A stretch of DNA of 15,207 bases from Octopus sinensis. Taxonomy: Eukaryota. Where the stretch lies: contig NW_021825645.1 in the NCBI RefSeq assembly GCF_006345805.1, positions 1 through 15,207 on the forward strand. The letters run 5' to 3'. Positions 10,532 to 15,207 of this stretch are shown here, piece after piece (positions within the stretch are counted from its first letter, which is position 1; the number at the start of each line of letters is the position of its first letter). The notes under the pieces are model-generated. The model made no database searches. It had not been told where the DNA came from and saw only the letters and a program-made list of their open reading frames with translations. A program made the position numbers and the translations under genes.

Positions 10532-10918
10532 AAATGTATGTATATGGTTATTGCATGACTGTGCACACAAACTCAGGTATACACATGTATTGACAAAGAG
10601 AAGGAGAGAAAGAGTGAGAGAGAGAAGGAGAGAGAAAGAGGGAGATGAACGTACATAACCGTTTCTAATATAGGCTCAATTTTGGGTTGGTTATTTGATA
10701 CAATCATGTGACCTCGCATGCATTTGAATTTGCATCGAAGAGGATCGAAACAAGTAGCAAAATTCATTTGTCGAATCATTCAAATAACATCCCCCCCTAC
10801 ACACACACGCATACATATATATACATATATACTTAGATAAATACATACATATATTAAATAAAATGAGACAACAAATTTAAGGCGGTGTGAAATTTCTAGG
10901 ACATTTATAAAGAGAAAG

Positions 10919-10972
10919 ATAGCCTTACAGCTGTTTCAGGAATATGAGGGTTATCCTTTGATCCGAGACGAT
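10919..10972 (-). ncRNA. Degenerate minimal type I hammerhead ribozyme motif (probably inactive, Penelope-like-element type)
   Basis: Minus strand: ATCGTCT (stem I) CGGATCA (core, consensus CUGANGA) AAGGATA-ACCCTCA-TATTCCT (stem II) GAAA-CAGCTG-TA (palindromic stem III ACAGCTGT, GUA site) AGGCTAT (stem I'). Stems I and II each pair at 6 of 7 positions. Confidence 0.65.
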
Positions 10973-11122
10973 ATGAGAGAGTTAAATAGAGGGAAATAGT
11001 AGAGTTCAATACAAGAAGTTACTTTGGAAACCCTAGACATGCTCACATACAATCCGCATACATATATGTGTGTATGTGCGTGTGTATGTGTATGTATAAT
11101 GTAAATATATATATATATATAT

Positions 11123-11530
11123 AGGCGTAGGAGTGGTTGTGTTGTAAGTAGCTTGCTTACCAACCACATGTCTTCGGGTTCAGTCACACTGCGTGGTACT
11201 TTGGGCAAGTGTCTTCTACTATAGTCTTGTGCCGACCAAAGCCTTGTGAGTGGATTTGGTAGACGGAAACTGAAAGAAGCCCGTCGTATATATATATGTG
11301 TGTGTGTGTGTATGAGTGTGTCTGTGTTTGTGTGTCTGTGTTTGTCCTCCCAACATCACTTGACAACCGATGCTGGTGTGTTTACGTCCCCGTAACTTAG
11401 CGGTTCGGCAAAAGAGACCGATAGAATAAGTACTAGGCTTAGAAAGAATAAGTCCAGGATTCGATTTGCTCGACTAAAGGCGGTGCACCAGCATGGCCAC
11501 AGTCAAATGACTGAAAAAAGTAAAAGAGTA
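11123..11530 (+). mobile_element. Family B SINE, full length (head 11123-11287, TA/TG linker, 3' module to 11530)
   Basis: A-box-like TGGTTGTGTTG, B-box-like GGTTCAGTC, CORE-like ACTTTGGGCAAGTGTCTT and an AAAAGAGT-type tail. Confidence 0.95.
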
Positions 11531-11537
11531 TATATAA

Positions 11538-11559
11538 AGAGAGAGAGAGAGAGAGAGGG

Positions 11560-11591
<32 letters not shown>
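11538..11591. repeat. (AG)n
   Basis: Direct reading. Confidence 0.97.
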
Positions 11592-11596
<5 letters not shown>

Positions 11597-11829
11597 ACAC
11601 ATGGGGATATGACCTGATAGATTAGACCATGCTTTCTTGATTGCTTTAGGTACCCATATCTTGGCTAGTAGACATAGGGTACATTCTCAGACCCCTGGAC
11701 CTTGATCCATTAGAATAATCAGGATGTGACAGCTGGGGGGATTAAGAGGATGAGCTGCATCAGATACTGGCTGTTACTTATGTTTAGCTAACTACGACAA
11801 GAAAAAAGTAAAACGATAAGGCTTACATA

Positions 11830-11897
11830 CACCACGCCGCCCTGTCTAGGAATCGAAACCACGAGCTTTTAATCATGAGTCTAACACCTTAACTACT
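11830..11897 (-). mobile_element. Old tRNA-like SINE head remnant (family C-like)
   Basis: Reverse complement GTAGTTAAGGTGTTAGACTCATGAT...GTGGTTTCGATTCCTAGACAGGGCG parallels 13287-13346. Confidence 0.6.
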
Positions 11898-12005
11898 TAT
11901 CTGAGATCCTTCCATTCAAACACACACACACACACGCTAATACGTACACAAATACTCATTATTAAACAGTGTTTAGATAAATTGAGGTATGAGAATGTGC
12001 GTATG

Positions 12006-12212
12006 TCTCTCTCCCTTTCTCTCTCTCTCCCGCCCTTTCTCTCTCTCTCCCTTTCTCTCTCTCTCGCCGTTTCTCTCTCTCTCCCTTTCTCTCTCTCTCC
12101 CGCCCTTTCTCCCTCTCTCCCGCCCTCTCTCTCTCTCTCCCGCCTTTTCTCTCTCTCCCTCTTTTTCTCTCTTTCCATCCCTTTCTCTCTCTCCCTTCGT
12201 TCCTCACTCTCC

Positions 12213-12251
<39 letters not shown>

Positions 12252-12256
12252 TGTGT
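12006..12256. repeat. ~200 bp polypyrimidine (CT)-rich tract with recurring CCCGCC, followed by (GT)n
   Basis: Direct reading. Confidence 0.95.
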
Positions 12257-12779
12257 ATACGTGTGCATGCTTCAAATTTTGTCACTGTTCATAAGGTCGC
12301 GTTCATCACTCCCTTTTCCTTACTCGACCCCCCACCTTTCTGTTGCTCCGCTCCGTGCCTCCCTTCTCGCTTTCACTTGCTGTCATCAGATAGGTTTCCA
12401 TTTAATCCGACTCTCCGAAACCCCACCCCCCTAACCTCCACCACCACCCCCACCTCCAACCCCCGCCTCCGCTCGATCCCTGCAGTTATCGATCTGCTGC
12501 TGTAGCTGTTGATATAGCTGTACGTGTTCCCCATGGCTGCGTGTTTCTCTTGCTATCGATGGTGCTGTTACGCGCTTCTCTAGCATGACAGCGCTCCCTT
12601 TGAAAAAAAAAAAAAGAAAAAAAAGAAAGAAACAGAAAAAAAAGAAGAAACCCTCACCGTCTCTTTGATGGGTTTCTGCGTTGGGGAAAGCAGCGGCGGT
12701 GAGGTGATGGGAGATGGGGGGGGGAGGTCGGCGAGATGCAAGGTTATATTAAAGGGATTTCGTTTTATCTATGCTTTTA

Positions 12780-13270
12780 GTTACTGTTGTTGCTAATTAA
12801 TGTAGTCCACGTTCGCTTCCATTTATCTTGAATTATTGTGATCGTTATTCCCGCTATTGTTACTGTTGCTATTCGCGTTGTTGCAATTGTTGCTGTTGTC
12901 ATTGCTGTCGCTATTTTTTTCTGCTAGTTTACGCTTCTTGATGCGATCGATGTTGTTAATAAAAGTTGCACCTATGCGCTACTTCTCTCTCGTTGCTATT
13001 CCTCACAGTTGATTCAACTGTTTTATTTTTTTTTTCCTGATATTGTTGCTATACAGCTTGTGTCATAGTTGCAGTTATATTCAGCAATTAGTTGCTAATG
13101 TCAGTAATCACATTATAATTGGTGTTGCTATTCATAGTAACAACAGTTATAATGTTGCTATTGTTGCGATTGCTGCAAGAATAGTCGTTGCTTTTAACGC
13201 CTTCACTAATGTTGTATAGTGCTACAAGTGTTCGTGATACTGTCGTTGATGTTATTGTACTGTTGATAGT
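12780..13270. repeat. Ancient degenerate (GTT/GCT/ATT) trinucleotide low-complexity region, resuming after 13626
   Basis: Recurrent TTGTTGCTA-like triplets with frame drift and stops. Confidence 0.7.
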
Positions 13271-13626
13271 GGAGACGCAATGACCCAGTGGTTAGGGCAG
13301 CGGACTCGCGGCCGTAGAATCGCAGTTTCGATTCCCAGTCCGGGCGTTGTGAGTGTTTATTGAGCGAAAACACTTAAAGCCCCACGAGGCTCCGGTAGGG
13401 GGTGGTGGCGAACCCTGCTGCATTCTTTTCTGACTCTTTCTTCCTGTTTCTGTTGCAGCTGTATTTCAAAGGGCCAGCCCCGTCACACTCTGTGTTACGC
13501 TGAATCTCCCCCAGAACTACGTTACGGGTACACATGTCTGCGGAGTGCATAGCCACTTGCACGTTTAGTTCCACGAGTAGGCTGTTCCGTTGATCGGATC
13601 AACTGGAACCCTCATCGTCGTAACCG
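13271..13626 (+). mobile_element. tRNA-derived SINE, family C
   Basis: GGAGACGCAATGACCCAGTGGTTAGGGCAGCGGACTCGCGG...GTTTCGATTCCC with A-box 13281-13291 and B-box 13325-13335, followed by a ~280 bp non-tRNA body. Confidence 0.9.
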
Positions 13627-13719
13627 TTGATAACGCTGTTGATAATGCTATAATGCTTTTATAACTTTTCTTAAACTTTTATTTCGCTTCTCCCAAGTTA
13701 TATAAACTTCTCGTCTGTA

Positions 13720-14059
13720 TGTTTATATGTATATATATGTGCTTTGGTCTGCTATTATTCTATACACACGCTATCTTACAAGCATACATATGTGCCTGTA
13801 TGCGCGTGTATGTATAAATATATATACATATATATATATACTGTGTATATAAGCACGCATATATATGTAAATATATATATACAGATGCATGCATATGTAT
13901 GCAATGGGATACATATATGTATATGTATATTATTATCCACACAGGGCCGAACACATAGGGAACAAAATACAATGTAGAGCTCTTCTTGTAGAAAATAGTA
14001 AAAAAAAGGAGAAAAATAAATTCCTCTCAAAAGGGATCGTTCTAGTGTAAATATATACT

Positions 14060-14105
<46 letters not shown>

Positions 14106-14600
14106 CATTGGCGTGAATATACACAAATATTTGAATTATACATGCATACATATATGCATATATTTATATAAGTATGTGTGTGTATGTGTATTTGTTTGTG
14201 AGTGTGTGTGTGTGAGTGTCTGTGTATATGTATATGTAAATACTGGAGGCATTTATAAATAAAAATAAAAACAATATGTAATCAAAACAATACGATTGTT
14301 GGTTTGTTAGAAAAATTTAAACACACACACGCATACAGACACACTCACATACAGACAAACACACACACTCATATAAACATCCACATGCACACATACACAC
14401 ATACACATATACACACTCAGGTACTCTTATTTATGTGAATATCTACTCCTTTATATGTGTGTGTATGTATGTATGAGTATGTGTGTGTGTGTGTGTATAG
14501 AGAGAGAATATGAGCTTTCGTCAGGATGAATGAAATTTGATAGGTATGCGTTTTGAGTGCACAAAAAGGAATGTCATATATATATATGTATATATATATA
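13720..14600. repeat. Degenerate AT/GT/AC microsatellite mosaic with perfect (AT)n at about 14065-14101
   Basis: Direct reading. Confidence 0.85.
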
Positions 14601-14606
14601 TATACA

Positions 14607-14770
14607 CGACAGGCGTCTTTCAGTTTCCGTCTACCAAATCCTATCACAAGGCTTTGGTCGGCCCGAAGCTATAGAAGAAGACACTGGCCCCAAGGTGCCA
14701 CGCAGTGGGACCAGACCCGGAGCCATGTGGCTGGTAAGCAAGCTTCTTACCACACAGCCATGCCTGTGCC
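14607..14770 (-). mobile_element. Family B SINE head only, ending in (TA)n
   Basis: The reverse complement matches 11123-11287. Confidence 0.92.
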
Positions 14771-14774
14771 ATAC

Positions 14775-14848
14775 AATACATACACACACAACATATATAT
14801 ACATACATACATACATATATTATATATATAATATATATATATATATAT

Positions 14849-14890
<42 letters not shown>

Positions 14891-14976
14891 AGAGAGAGGG
14901 GGAGAGAGAGAAGGATAGACATAGGTATAAGGAATACACACAGAAACACTCTTGTATATATATATGAGAGAGAGAC

Positions 14977-15015
<39 letters not shown>

Positions 15016-15115
15016 GAGGGTGAGAGAGAGAGAGAGAAATGTGTGCGATTGTATATATATATATGTGTGTGTGGCTGTGAAAATGAATATGTACGAGTGT
15101 GTGTGTGTGTATGTC
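14775..15115. repeat. Compound AC/AT/AG/AGAT/GT microsatellite block
   Basis: Direct reading. Confidence 0.93.
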
Positions 15116-15207
15116 CATGTGCGTTTATGTGACTATGCGTGTTTCTATCCGTCTTTCATAGTTAGAACTTATTCGTCTAATGTATTTGAGATCCATCATG
15201 TTCGTTC

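Noticed and set aside
10728-10735. POU octamer ATTTGCAT as a regulatory site
   Set aside because: A single 8-mer in AT-rich DNA is expected by chance and has no supporting context.
12371-12389. Minus-strand hammerhead (CTGATGA-CAGCAAGT-GAAA)
   Set aside because: The core words are perfect, but stem II cannot form and no stem III or UH site follows.
12647-12704. Alternative hairpins GAAACCC/GGGTTTC and CCTCACCG/CGGTGAGG as an RNA switch
   Set aside because: Short stems in GC-skewed sequence with no comparative support.
13090-13260. Minus-strand Thr/Asn/Ser-rich open frame of about 55 codons
   Set aside because: Composition drifts between triplet phases and stops surround it, which fits a decayed trinucleotide repeat.
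13271-13346. Functional tRNA gene (also the heads at 6493 and 11123)
   Set aside because: A- and B-boxes are present, but there is no clean cloverleaf or acceptor stem, and each runs into a SINE body.

Overview
Repeat-saturated eukaryotic non-coding DNA (intron or intergenic). No protein-coding gene, rRNA, genuine tRNA or CRISPR array can be supported. Almost every ORF in the supplied track is a translation of microsatellite or SINE sequence. Most of the window consists of (i) compound microsatellites (AAT, GAA, AT, AC/GT, AG/CT, AGAT/ATCT, AGAC, ACAT), (ii) about a dozen copies or fragments of three tRNA-derived SINE families (A, B and C below, including a head-to-tail trimer and an inverted near-full-length pair) and (iii) a decayed 3' fragment of an RTE-clade LINE. 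These SINE families and the microsatellite load suggest a coleoid cephalopod, probably Octopus; this is inference from recognition, not a database result. The most unusual signal is a degenerate minimal type I hammerhead-ribozyme fold on the minus strand at 10919-10972. It has the palindromic stem III known from Penelope-like retroelements, but two substituted core positions make it probably inactive. A weaker hammerhead-like motif lies about 150 bp away on the other strand, and both sit in the spacer of an inverted SINE pair. Also notable are a stack of elements punctuated by (TAA)n at 84-1345 and a small hairpin-rich element embedded in (TA)n at 9923-10040.
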